Origin: an uncultured Prolixibacteraceae bacterium | GTDB lineage: Bacteria; Bacteroidota; Bacteroidia; Bacteroidales; FEN-979 | Assembly (NCBI GenBank): GCA_964605775.1 | Contig: CAZSDU010000001.1 | Coordinates: 282,283-346,282, forward strand | Reading direction: 5' to 3' | Length of the DNA stretch: 64,000 bases | In this document: positions 47,701 through 56,584 of the stretch, in pieces | Layout of the letters: each line of letters opens with the position of its first letter | Numbering within the stretch: position 1 is the first letter of the stretch | Position numbers and translations under genes: made by a program | The notes under the pieces: model-generated | What the model saw: only the letters and a program-made list of their open reading frames with translations | Told to the model about the DNA's origin: nothing | Database searches by the model: none

Positions 47701-49145
47701 TTGAAATTCACGGTATGATTAAGTCCCAGCCGTGTCATCGTATTATTCCCGATCAGAATATTTGTGCCAGAGTAAACATTGTATAAGGGGGACCCGGAAG
47801 TATAATCTATCAATGACCAGCCAACAATTGTTCCTGATGCCACATTGCCCGGATCGTTCTCCTGAACCTGAAGGAAGAATCTGGCAGGTTGTCCGCTGCT
47901 CAACTGTGAAAGCAAGGGTGTCAGGTCAAGTCCGAATTCAATGGTTTTATCGGCTTCTGAAGTTCCTCCCTGCATATAATAATCTCCCCCCTGATAATTA
48001 AAAACCGGAAAATCAAGAACCGTTGAAGGCAGGGTGGCACTAAGATCCGTATTCATTCCCACATTCACTTTCAGTTTATTTCGCGAGGTATGATTGAGGG
48101 TTATTTTCATTGTCAGTTTCGGATCGCATGATTGCTTGACATCAATCACATAGATGGTATGATTCCATATTCCCCCATACCCAATATTATCAGCAATGTT
48201 TTTATACATGGTATAGCAGAATCCCTGATTACACCATCCGGGACCCGCATAACCATTGGCGAATTTTAATCCTCCTATTTCCCAATCATGCATGTCAACG
48301 GCTCCATCCCCGTTGATATCAATGTTGTTGGTATATTTCCCGTCCCCGTTAAAATCATACCGGACAGAGTCATTGTATCCGCAGATGGTCCAGGCGTGTG
48401 AAGGACTGCCGCCCCAGTAGGTCTGAACATATTTCCCGGCTTCAGGAGTACCGGCAGGTAATACCGCTGAGGGGGTACTGAAATAGTTGCCATAAATATT
48501 TCCCACTCCGCCCACTACTGAACCATTCAGATGTTCGGCTAACCAGTATTTCAAGGTAAGCAATCCTTCCGGACTGTCGGCCCTGATGGCACTCACCGTA
48601 TTCAATCGGTTTTTCATGCCATTGTAATACTTATCATAACCTGAAATCCAGCGTAAATAACCACCGGTGTTCAATGCTCCGCCATAATCCGTAACATTCA
48701 TGGTGCCACAGGTTTTAATAATTTCCCAGGAGTCAAAAAAACTGACACCCTGATAATTGTTGGCATTGTTTAAGAAATCCCAGGCAAAATGCGTTGGATA
48801 TTGATTATTGGTGACATTGGCAGGTACATTGCGTAACCTGTCCACCTCATACGTGAAATTAAAAGCAATACTTGCCGATTGCCCGCATTCATAGCCAGAT
48901 TGATAGGTAATCGGACGAAAAAAAGGCTGGGAAGAGTTATCCACACTTTGAGGCAGTAAGGGAGCATAAGGACCTTTATAATGTTCAGGAAGATTGAGAA
49001 TGGGAATGTTGGAAAGGACAAAAAGCTCATCAGGAGTCAGGGAAAAAGGTTCAAGACCTTGCTGTGCCGGAAGGTCCTGTGCCTGAAGACCCATAAAAAG
49101 AAAAGACAACAAGGAGGTTATTCCGATGACAATGAGCTTCTTCAT
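44724..49145 (-). CDS. Giant T9SS-secreted multidomain protein with N-terminal papain-like cysteine peptidase domain
   Basis: 1473 aa. Signal peptide; Cys context YQSGYECGQSASIAF, His context SHAWTICGYND, FANGYAGPGW block. Dockerin/EF-hand-like DxNxDG repeats, Ig-like and CARDB-like regions, and a MAM-like sandwich. The C-terminal ~85 aa (NYPNPF...GIYSCRM...) match the T9SS sorting-domain pattern. Confidence 0.8.
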   Translation of the reverse strand: MKKLIVIGITSLLSFLFMGLQAQDLPAQQGLEPFSLTPDELFVLSNIPILNLPEHYKGPYAPLLPQSVDNSSQPFFRPITYQSGYECGQSASIAFNFTYEVDRLRNVPANVTNNQYPTHFAWDFLNNANNYQGVSFFDSWEIIKTCGTMNVTDYGGALNTGGYLRWISGYDKYYNGMKNRLNTVSAIRADSPEGLLTLKYWLAEHLNGSVVGGVGNIYGNYFSTPSAVLPAGTPEAGKYVQTYWGGSPSHAWTICGYNDSVRYDFNGDGKYTNNIDINGDGAVDMHDWEIGGLKFANGYAGPGWCNQGFCYTMYKNIADNIGYGGIWNHTIYVIDVKQSCDPKLTMKITLNHTSRNKLKVNVGMNTDLSATLPSTVLDFPVFNYQGGDYYMQGGTSEADKTIEFGLDLTPLLSQLSSGQPARFFLQVQENDPGNVASGTIVGWSLIDYTSGSPLYNVYSGTNILIGNNTMTRLGLNHTVNFNKPAIVSGSLPPAMLYQPYNFQLTANNGTPPYRWDARLNYPETITTASFPAVNAQQLILTNNNTGFAIKLLDFNFPFFKKNINKLYIYADGYILFDDQPYTWPYLIDKSLLFRQSAIVAPFMTDMYINPSQGQGIWYEGNSTSATIRWKTFITGTSSTNLNFAVKFYSNGKIEFYYGDMVYPANTAWTGGISSGDNKNYQFTALNNSSAIAPNTLDQFASCGYPAEMMVTEDGLFTGTPTLPYQNTAVNFVVTDNDNISSTKTLLFNTNGLLIGYQVESGNDSIIEYGETAYLNLSLTNLSSQPVSNIQVSITNSDPYVTLLNASIIVPVVNGSQTLTIPHAFGMLISPDIPNNHLFIIPMNMITAQQNSNIDIHLVAFAPEFHFSKVELDDGDNHRLDPGESADLLVTLKNNGSVSASGIHVTLIAADTNLTIDVDTGFLSMLKPDSSNNILFHVTASSTVPFEHLYKMNTFLQTSQNLNTSDSLFLYSGDIIEDFETATYNKFDWNFSGAAPWGFDPVIRYEGNYSGRSGWIFDDQESTLFLSVCVLEDGILSFWKKVSCEHDPAGTFNYDYLAFSIDNFEMQRWDGEGDWSQVSFPIEKGYHTFNWTYHKDYSVSNGYDCAFLDFIQFPLIAGAQPVIAVFPKMFEKTLEIGQTSTDHFSITNDGGGILNFSTMVFDTLANNKAWYPSNQSNSNLICSSEYFVPGNLYSWDLILHNQSSDNENVSHVKVDFPPGVELNTATDFTGGSLGNLVYQGTPGTGLPQNWHGETSSGSGVVKPGESAVSTLSGTINLSYQYDVFLVYNIHGDQTGNTPHDKFGFIRIKNSGLWNNWLSLSDISGSLYRNETAEVNLTFQPDNLPPGDYYCNIIVHDNFNNQAVLPVLMHIPFPISSGSPNTNGLTFLKGNYPNPFISSTHIQYKLAKQEEITFEIFNAQGVRIRTFHQNKENAGDHLLFWDGTDESGNNIPAGIYSCRMITADHSETKSMICIH

Positions 49146-49175
49146 AATAAGATTTTAAAAATCACCTTGACAATA

Positions 49176-50648
49176 TTAAGGATTTTGTTTTGATTGGTCA
49201 TACAGATAATTCGCATCACGGTAAAGCATGGTATCCAGGGATACATTCCGCTCCTTTGCTTTCTTTTCAACAGCTGCAAGCCATTCCGGATTCTGATATA
49301 TGGACAGGACCAGATACATAATGCTGTCCTGGCGTGTTTTCCCTTTTATCTCATGATAATTATTGTAGAAGGTATATTCTGCATCATTTCGGATAATTTC
49401 TTCGAGGGGGCGACGTTGCTTCTTGGCCTTTTTCACCAAAAACCTGAACCAGTTTCTATCATTACGGATTTCATTCTCCGTATTATAAACCTTATCATCC
49501 CTGGTTTCCGGATGAAAAGCCAGGTAAGCTTCATCGGCAAAATTCCAGAATCCATTATGCATGTTGATTTCAGAGATCATTAAAAGGATGACATCGAACT
49601 TCTTATAGGTTGAAAGCAATTCTGATTTATCCACGTAAACAGGAGGATTATTATGATGATAGGGGTATAATTTGTTGTTGTAATACCAGTATTCCTGGTT
49701 TTTAAACAACTGATCGGAGATTTTTCCCTTGCAGAAATTCACATAATAGCTATCGGCGATAACCAATACCGATAAATTTCTTTTTTCCGGATCGTTTTCA
49801 ATTTTTAAAACCGGATAGGCTCCAAGGGTTTTGGGCAGGGGCAAACAAAGATTGAGTACCTCGCCGATATCGTTATCGGTCAGCCGGGCTGTATCGGAAA
49901 GCACTATCCGCTCGATGGCAATTTCCGGAAGCCTGGAGGATGTTCTTTGTTCGATATATCTTTTCAGGGTGTCTGCAGCAAGGGCTACCCCATAGATACT
50001 CCAGTGCATCCCATATTTCGGGAAAACCGGGTAACGGCATGTATCCCTGACCAGTTTGAAATAGTCATTCAAATCAAGGAAGGGTAACCCCAGTGAAACT
50101 GCTTTCGTTTTAATCCATTCATAGTTGGACAAAGTTCGTTTTCGCGGATGATAGCGACCCGGAATAAACTCGGGCATTACGCTGGCTTTACCGGGTTCAA
50201 AAACAAAGATCAGTTCAATATGATGCGACTTCAGACTGTCGTACACATTTTTTAATCGGGACATCTTTTTTTCCAGTGGTTTTTCCCCGATAAAAAATTC
50301 ACCTGTATATTCGAAAATATAATCCTCTTCATACAGGTAATCATTTTTCCCGGCGATAAAACCCTCGGCATGACAGATCCTGAATAAGCTGTAATCCAAT
50401 TGATTGCGTAATCTCAACAAGGATTTTCTAAACCCTATATGATGTTCCATCCGATCCATAAACTCCTGCTGAAATTCCCCCCTGAACCATCTGTCCCAGG
50501 TAAAACGCTTTAGTTCCGGTGGCTCCACCTTGTCGATAAAAAATCCATGAAGGGGTTTTTCATCCACCCCTTTGAAGACATGCTGTAAACCAAAGGCCAG
50601 TATGAAGATAAGCACAATCCAACAAACCAGCTTTTTTACCCTGCGCAT
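49176..50648 (-). CDS. AlgJ/AlgX-like (permuted SGNH-like) putative O-acyltransferase partner, paralog 1
   Basis: 490 aa with an N-terminal signal anchor. Shares with 52152..53300 the blocks GKN.YL.EE, P.K.S, PK.G.HWS.YG and the block LVIADSYY (FIGDSFY in the paralog). Adjacent to the MBOAT gene. Confidence 0.5.
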   Translation of the reverse strand: MRRVKKLVCWIVLIFILAFGLQHVFKGVDEKPLHGFFIDKVEPPELKRFTWDRWFRGEFQQEFMDRMEHHIGFRKSLLRLRNQLDYSLFRICHAEGFIAGKNDYLYEEDYIFEYTGEFFIGEKPLEKKMSRLKNVYDSLKSHHIELIFVFEPGKASVMPEFIPGRYHPRKRTLSNYEWIKTKAVSLGLPFLDLNDYFKLVRDTCRYPVFPKYGMHWSIYGVALAADTLKRYIEQRTSSRLPEIAIERIVLSDTARLTDNDIGEVLNLCLPLPKTLGAYPVLKIENDPEKRNLSVLVIADSYYVNFCKGKISDQLFKNQEYWYYNNKLYPYHHNNPPVYVDKSELLSTYKKFDVILLMISEINMHNGFWNFADEAYLAFHPETRDDKVYNTENEIRNDRNWFRFLVKKAKKQRRPLEEIIRNDAEYTFYNNYHEIKGKTRQDSIMYLVLSIYQNPEWLAAVEKKAKERNVSLDTMLYRDANYLYDQSKQNP

Positions 50649-50666
50649 TGACCCGTCTCCCCGTGA

Positions 50667-52124
50667 TTAAAATCTGAAATAAATGAAAGGATTGAACCCT
50701 GAAGAAGTTATGGCTGCTTCGCTGAGGATAAACAGTAAGATCGCCAGTACCGACATGGTTAGCATAGTTAAATTTTCAGGGATAGTATAAAGGCGGTTGA
50801 TCCAGCCCTCCATTTTTTTTCTTACTCCCCAGAAAGAGAAAATCATGGCCAGGCTCAGTATGGTCCAGAATTTCGGGTTCAGCCAGACTTCATTTTCCGC
50901 AGATCGGAAGGCAAACATCCTGGCTATGAAAGCCTGGGCATCCGGCAGGGTTTCCGAACGAAAAATGACCCATCCAAGGGTAAGAATAAAAAAAGTAAGG
51001 AGTATACTGGGGACTTTCCCGATCTTTTTCAGATATTTTAACAGAAAAAGCCTGTCGATGATCAGGAAAAGACCCTGGAAAACTCCCCAGGCAATAAAGG
51101 TCCAAGCCGCACCATGCCATAAACCACAAAGGAGAAAAGTGACAGAAGTGGCAATAAGGTAAATAATTTTATCAGCACGCAGCCCGAGATAACGTTCTTT
51201 GGGCAATTTCCTGGAAGTCGCATAGGCCAGGGGTAAAAACACATAATCGCGGAACCAGAAAGAAAGGGTGATATGCCAGCGTCTCCAGAACTCAGTGATA
51301 CTTTGGGAAATATAGGGACTATTAAAATTCTCCGGAAGTTTGAATCCCATCATCCTGGCCAGGCCTATGGCCATGTCGGAATATCCTGAAAAGTCGAAAT
51401 AAATCTGAAAAGTATAGGCAATGGCCCCTAACCAGGCCAGTCCGCTGGAGAGATCTTGCAGATCAAGACTGAATATTTCGTTGACGGTCAGGCCGAGGAC
51501 ATCGGCAATCAGGACCTTTTTTGAGAGTCCGATGACAAAGCGGTAAAACCCGATTAAGCGGTCGTCGATTGAATTCCGGTTTTGCCTATCCTCAATCTGG
51601 CTTGCAATATGTCCGGGTCTTACGATCGGGCCAGCCAGTAACTGGGGGAACATGAAAACATATAAAGCATAATCCCAGAAACTTTTAAACCCCGTGAATT
51701 GTTTTTTATAGATGTCGAGCGTGCAAGCCAGTTTCTGGAATGTAATGAATGAAATGCCTACCGGTAAAGCGATTTTTGTCCAGGGGCCGGGATTGATTCC
51801 GAACCATACCTCCATCAGCTGAAACTGATCAACAAAAAAATTCATGTACTTGAAGTACATCAGCAGTCCAAGATTCAACAGAACAGAAATCCAGAATAAC
51901 ACCCTGCGTTTTTTTCCACCGGTGGTAATCATCCCCCGGATCAGCAGATAATCCAGGATTACGGATCCGGCAATATAAAACACGAATTTCGGCGCTCCCC
52001 AGGCATAGAAAAAAACACTAACCAACAGGATAAAACCGTTTTTGAACTGTCCGGCTAATAAAAAATAAATGATCAGGAAAACCGGTAAGAAATAAAGTAA
52101 AAACAGACTACTGCTGAAAACCAT
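50667..52124 (-). CDS. MBOAT-family membrane O-acyltransferase (AlgI/DltB/PatA-like)
   Basis: 485 aa, multi-TM. FWRRWHITLSFWFRDYVF and GLWHGAAWTF (conserved His) blocks. Confidence 0.9.
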   Translation of the reverse strand: MVFSSSLFLLYFLPVFLIIYFLLAGQFKNGFILLVSVFFYAWGAPKFVFYIAGSVILDYLLIRGMITTGGKKRRVLFWISVLLNLGLLMYFKYMNFFVDQFQLMEVWFGINPGPWTKIALPVGISFITFQKLACTLDIYKKQFTGFKSFWDYALYVFMFPQLLAGPIVRPGHIASQIEDRQNRNSIDDRLIGFYRFVIGLSKKVLIADVLGLTVNEIFSLDLQDLSSGLAWLGAIAYTFQIYFDFSGYSDMAIGLARMMGFKLPENFNSPYISQSITEFWRRWHITLSFWFRDYVFLPLAYATSRKLPKERYLGLRADKIIYLIATSVTFLLCGLWHGAAWTFIAWGVFQGLFLIIDRLFLLKYLKKIGKVPSILLTFFILTLGWVIFRSETLPDAQAFIARMFAFRSAENEVWLNPKFWTILSLAMIFSFWGVRKKMEGWINRLYTIPENLTMLTMSVLAILLFILSEAAITSSGFNPFIYFRF

Positions 52125-52151
52125 AACTTGGTGTTTATTTATTGATCTTTG

Positions 52152-53300
52152 TCACTTGACCTCTTGTGTTGTGTCCCTCATTAATGCCAGCACCCGGTCA
52201 ACAAACCAGTAGCCTGCATTACCATACCCAGCATTGGTTTGAATGAAAACAATTACCTTCTGTCTGTCGATAGACGCTTGAAGGTTTAAGTCGCTGACCA
52301 TCTCTTTTTGCTTGATCCCATTGAGATAAACATCATGATCATAGTACCAGAATTCTTCGTTGCTAAAAATGTTTTTAATATAACCTGGTTCAGACCAGCA
52401 AAAGTAGAAACTATCGCCGATAAATAAGGCAGATGGCTTCTTTTCAGTATTGGTTTCCCGGTAATGAAAATGAGGATAGGCAAGCGGCGGATGAGGGATG
52501 TTCCAGATCAGGTTAAGGGCCATATAGATATCTTTATCGTAACTTCGCGCGGACCTGCTGTTTTCAATACTATCAAGCACAAGTTCAGTCATTGGAGTTT
52601 CCAGCTTCCTGCTTAAATAATGTATCAAAGAATCCATCGCAAGATATGCTCCATAGGAGCTCCAGTGAATCCCTGTTTTCGGGTACAACATAAATCGGGA
52701 AGTATCTTTGATTTTCAGGAACCATGCATTGAAATCAATAAAATTGACGCCTGCTTTTTCCAACCCCTGCTTATACCATTGATAGTTGGTGGTATCCCTC
52801 CTGGCTTTCAAATACCGGTCAGGTATTTTTTCAGAATAAAAGCTGCCTTTATCTGGAGCAAAAATAACAAGCATCAGGATTTTTTTTTCATTCCAAAGGA
52901 GTTCCTGAAGTTCCTTAAACTGCGAAACCCTGGCCTCAATTTTTTGTCTCCCGAAGAAATCATGACCCAGATAGGCTTTGATATATGGTTCTTCGAATAA
53001 ATAATTGTTTTTGCCAACAATGATTTTATGGGCATGAGGAACTCCAAATAAGCTGAAATCAATTTGGTTGAACAGTCGAACAAGATCAGATTTAAATGGA
53101 ATTCTGCTTTCAATATAGGGCGTCAGGCTATCCTGGAAAGAACAATCGAAAAATCCCCTGGTCGTAAAAACGGGCATGATTTCTGACGGCTGATATCCGT
53201 CCAGGGAATTGGAAGAGAACAGGGAGAAATTATCCTGAACTGCAGGCAAACACAACAAAAAAACAAGAATTGAAAAACAGATTTTTTTTACGGTAATCAT
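52152..53300 (-). CDS. AlgJ/AlgX-like (permuted SGNH-like) putative O-acyltransferase partner, paralog 2
   Basis: 382 aa with a signal peptide. Clear paralog of 49176..50648 (KTGIHWSSYG, FIGDSFY). Confidence 0.5.
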   Translation of the reverse strand: MITVKKICFSILVFLLCLPAVQDNFSLFSSNSLDGYQPSEIMPVFTTRGFFDCSFQDSLTPYIESRIPFKSDLVRLFNQIDFSLFGVPHAHKIIVGKNNYLFEEPYIKAYLGHDFFGRQKIEARVSQFKELQELLWNEKKILMLVIFAPDKGSFYSEKIPDRYLKARRDTTNYQWYKQGLEKAGVNFIDFNAWFLKIKDTSRFMLYPKTGIHWSSYGAYLAMDSLIHYLSRKLETPMTELVLDSIENSRSARSYDKDIYMALNLIWNIPHPPLAYPHFHYRETNTEKKPSALFIGDSFYFCWSEPGYIKNIFSNEEFWYYDHDVYLNGIKQKEMVSDLNLQASIDRQKVIVFIQTNAGYGNAGYWFVDRVLALMRDTTQEVK

Positions 53301-53323
53301 TATATAACCAAAGCTGAGAAAAA

Positions 53324-54058
53324 TTATTTCAGGTATTTCCGGTCAAAAACATTGTATTTCAGAAGGCACCACAGGGCGCGGAAAGCATCTTTCATGCCGA
53401 TTTTTTTCCCTTCCTCATAGGTTCGTCCATAATAGGAAATTCCGACTTCATAAATCCTGATCTTCGGGAAACGGGCTATTTTACTGGTCACTTCAGGTTC
53501 AAACCCGAATCGCTTTTCGTTCAGGTAAAGTTTTTTGATCATATCTGCCCTGAACAGTTTATAACAGGTTTCCATATCCGTCAGGTTCAGGTTGGTGAAC
53601 ATATTGGAAACGAAGGTCAGGATTTTGTTCCCGATGGAATGCCAAAAGAAGAGGATGCGATGCGGTCTTCCTCCCATAAAACGGGATCCGAACACGACAT
53701 CGGCGAAGCCATCCAGCATGGGTTTGAGCAGGATATTATATTCATTGGGATCGTATTCCAGATCGGCATCCTGGATGATGATAAAATCCCCTCCGGCTTC
53801 CCGGATGCCTCGATGGATGGCAGCTCCTTTCCCCTGATTGGTGTCCTGGGTAAAAGAAAGGATTTTTTCTCCCGGATGTTCGCGGATGTATGCTGAAATC
53901 ACCTTTTCCGTTTCATCGCTGCTGTGGTCGTTAACAATGATGATTTCTTTCTGCACTCCGGCGATAAGCTCAACTGCCCTTACTTTATCCAAAATAAGAT
54001 GGATGGTATTCGCTTCGTTGTAGGCAGGGATGATGATACTCAGTATGGTCAAGCTCAT
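53324..54058 (-). CDS. Family 2 glycosyltransferase, DPM1/GtrB-like (polyprenyl-phosphate sugar synthase type)
   Basis: 244 aa. [21 protein letters not shown] (DxD) and GSRF blocks. No TM segments. Confidence 0.85.
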   Translation of the reverse strand: MSLTILSIIIPAYNEANTIHLILDKVRAVELIAGVQKEIIIVNDHSSDETEKVISAYIREHPGEKILSFTQDTNQGKGAAIHRGIREAGGDFIIIQDADLEYDPNEYNILLKPMLDGFADVVFGSRFMGGRPHRILFFWHSIGNKILTFVSNMFTNLNLTDMETCYKLFRADMIKKLYLNEKRFGFEPEVTSKIARFPKIRIYEVGISYYGRTYEEGKKIGMKDAFRALWCLLKYNVFDRKYLK

Positions 54059-54067
54059 AGAACGCGT

Positions 54068-56584
54068 TTATTCGTAATAATATATTCTTTTTACCCGCCG
54101 TGAAATCCCTGTCAGGATCTCATAGGGAATGGTATCCAGTTGTCTGGACAGTTCGGTCACAGGATGCTTCTCCCCGAAAATGATGACTTCATCTCCTTCC
54201 CTTACAGAGACAGGTTGCGGGGTTACAGATGAGGTCAGATCCGTGATATCGATCATGGTCAGGTCCATGCAGATATTGCCGATGATGGGAGCCGGCTCTC
54301 CATGAATATACAACGAGCCTCTGCCATTTCCCAGCCGTCGGTTCAGTCCATCGGCATATCCTATCGGAACGATGGCAATAACCTTGTCTTTCACGGCTTT
54401 TCCCATTCGGTTATACCCGATGGTATCGCCCGCGGCAATATGTTTGATCTGAGTGATCACCGATTTCAGGGTACTCACATTCCTCAGTTGTGATTGTTCT
54501 TCTTCATCCATGCCAATTCCATAAAGACCAATACCCAGCCTGACCATGTCCATCTGGGCATCAGGGAAACGGCTTATTCCTGCTGAATTAAGGATATGTC
54601 TGATGATTGGATAGCCAAACTGACTGGTTATCTTTCTGCTCATTTCATGAAAGACCCAGATTTGCTTACGGGTGAAAACTTCTTCTGAAGGATCTTCGCT
54701 GGCAGCCAGATGAGAGAAAACCGATTGGATATGGATCCCGGGTTTGTCATGAAGACCATGGATCAATTCATCGAGGTCGTCTTCCGTGAAACCCAGTCGA
54801 TGCATGCCGGTATCCAGTTTAATGTGAATGCGAATGGCCTCCTGGCCGGAAGTCTGATTTCTGGCAATGGCTTCTTCGAGAAGGCGAAGAATGCGGAAGT
54901 TATAGATTTCAGGTTCAAGGTTGTATTTCAGCAGAATGTCGAGGCTGTGTTCTTCCGGGCTCATGACCATGATGGGCAGTCTGATTCCTGCCTTTCTCAG
55001 TTCCACCCCTTCGTCGGCATAGGCTACGGCCAAATAGTCGGCATGATAAAACTGCAGTACGTTGGCAATCTCATAACTCCCGCTGCCATATGAAAATGCT
55101 TTGACCATGGCCATGACTTTTGTCACCGGATTCAGTTTGGCACGGAAATAATTCAGGTTATGAATCAGGGCATCAATATTTATTTCCAAAACCGTCTCAT
55201 GGGCTTTTTGCTGCAATACCCTGCTGATCTTTTCAAACTCAAAGATACGGGCACCTTTAAGTAAAATGCTTTCATTTTGGAAGGAGAATAGTGGAAAGTG
55301 GTTTAGAAAATCTTCGGTTTTTTCGAAAAAGAGCTTTGACATGCTGAATTTATCCGCATATTTGGAAATATCCCTGCCAATGCCAATGATCCGGTCAATT
55401 TTTTTCAATAAAAGCAATTCGGCAATTTCCTGATATAGTTCTTCCTTATTCCTTCCGCTTTGCAGAATATCGCTGAGGATGATGGTTTTTTTTCGCTGCT
55501 GGGTTTGTTGTTCCAGAAAATCAATGGCAATGCTTAGGGAATTGAAATCGGAATTATAACTATCGTTGATCAGTGAGCAATGATTGATGGCTTCTTTCAG
55601 TTCCAGGCGCATGGCAATGGGAGAAAGGGTAGCAGCGGCATGCAGTCTGTCAGACAGGCAGGGATGGCCCAGCACGATCATGGTGGCCCAGCAATGCATA
55701 ATGTTTTCAATGGAAGCATCATCGGTAAAAGGAAAGGAAAATGAATATTCCGCTGATAGATAACGCGCGGTAATGGTAGTTGACCGCATGGATTTATCAA
55801 TGGATGTTAAATGAAGATCAGCCTCATGGTTCCGGCTCCAGGTAAAGGTTTTCAGCCCTGAAAAGGCAGGATTCGATCGTAATGCTTCTGTGATCAGATG
55901 ATGATCGGCACAATATACGAGGGTTGCTGAATGAATGAAAAGCTTTAGTTTTTCTTCCACTTTCTCCCGATGTCCAGAAAAATGTTCATCATGGGCAGTT
56001 CCGATATTGGTAAAGATACCAATGGTGGGTTGGATGATGTGTTCCAGTCTGGTCATTTCCCCAGGTTTGGAAATTCCCGCTTCAAAGATGGCTAAGGTAT
56101 TCCAGGCTTCCATTTTCCACACGGATAGGGGGACTCCGATCTGGGAATTATAGCTTTTCGGGCTGCGGATGATTTTATAATCGCGGCAAAGCATCTGAAA
56201 CAGCCATTCTTTGACTATGGTTTTCCCATTGCTCCCGGTGATTCCGATCACCGGGAAAGAAAATTGGTTGCGTTGAAATGCTGCTAACTGTTGCAATGCC
56301 ATCAAGGTATCCGGGACTGCAATGAAACAGGCATCAGGCATCCGGTTTCTGTCATCCGCCATCTGGCTGATAAGAAAATTCCTGACTCCTTTCTCATACA
56401 GTTCTCCGATATAATGATGTCCATCATTACGGGAGGTGACCAGCGCGATAAAAAGGCATTGTTCAGGTTGTATCAGGCGGCGGCTGTCAATGAGTAATTC
56501 ACTGATGCCTGGATCATCCTGGCGAGTAGCATGCAATACCCCGCCGGTAATTCTGACAACCTCCGATACGGTCAGATGATTCAT
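54068..56584 (-). CDS. Bifunctional MurF-like ligase / alanine racemase fusion
   Basis: 838 aa. N-terminal Mur ligase (GITGSNGKT). The C-terminal half is Alr-like (MAMVKAFSYGSG PLP-Lys context, HLAASED, GYADG). Confidence 0.9.
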   Translation of the reverse strand: MNHLTVSEVVRITGGVLHATRQDDPGISELLIDSRRLIQPEQCLFIALVTSRNDGHHYIGELYEKGVRNFLISQMADDRNRMPDACFIAVPDTLMALQQLAAFQRNQFSFPVIGITGSNGKTIVKEWLFQMLCRDYKIIRSPKSYNSQIGVPLSVWKMEAWNTLAIFEAGISKPGEMTRLEHIIQPTIGIFTNIGTAHDEHFSGHREKVEEKLKLFIHSATLVYCADHHLITEALRSNPAFSGLKTFTWSRNHEADLHLTSIDKSMRSTTITARYLSAEYSFSFPFTDDASIENIMHCWATMIVLGHPCLSDRLHAAATLSPIAMRLELKEAINHCSLINDSYNSDFNSLSIAIDFLEQQTQQRKKTIILSDILQSGRNKEELYQEIAELLLLKKIDRIIGIGRDISKYADKFSMSKLFFEKTEDFLNHFPLFSFQNESILLKGARIFEFEKISRVLQQKAHETVLEINIDALIHNLNYFRAKLNPVTKVMAMVKAFSYGSGSYEIANVLQFYHADYLAVAYADEGVELRKAGIRLPIMVMSPEEHSLDILLKYNLEPEIYNFRILRLLEEAIARNQTSGQEAIRIHIKLDTGMHRLGFTEDDLDELIHGLHDKPGIHIQSVFSHLAASEDPSEEVFTRKQIWVFHEMSRKITSQFGYPIIRHILNSAGISRFPDAQMDMVRLGIGLYGIGMDEEEQSQLRNVSTLKSVITQIKHIAAGDTIGYNRMGKAVKDKVIAIVPIGYADGLNRRLGNGRGSLYIHGEPAPIIGNICMDLTMIDITDLTSSVTPQPVSVREGDEVIIFGEKHPVTELSRQLDTIPYEILTGISRRVKRIYYYE

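Noticed and set aside
49176-56584. Dlt-like D-alanylation pathway (MBOAT as DltB, flanking genes as DltD, Alr fusion supplying D-Ala, LtaS-like making the acceptor).
   Set aside because: There is no DltA-type adenylating enzyme and no small DltC/ACP-like carrier ORF anywhere in the block. The flanking proteins show the His-before-Ser order of AlgJ/AlgX rather than the DltD layout. O-acetylation or another acylation is the more economical reading.
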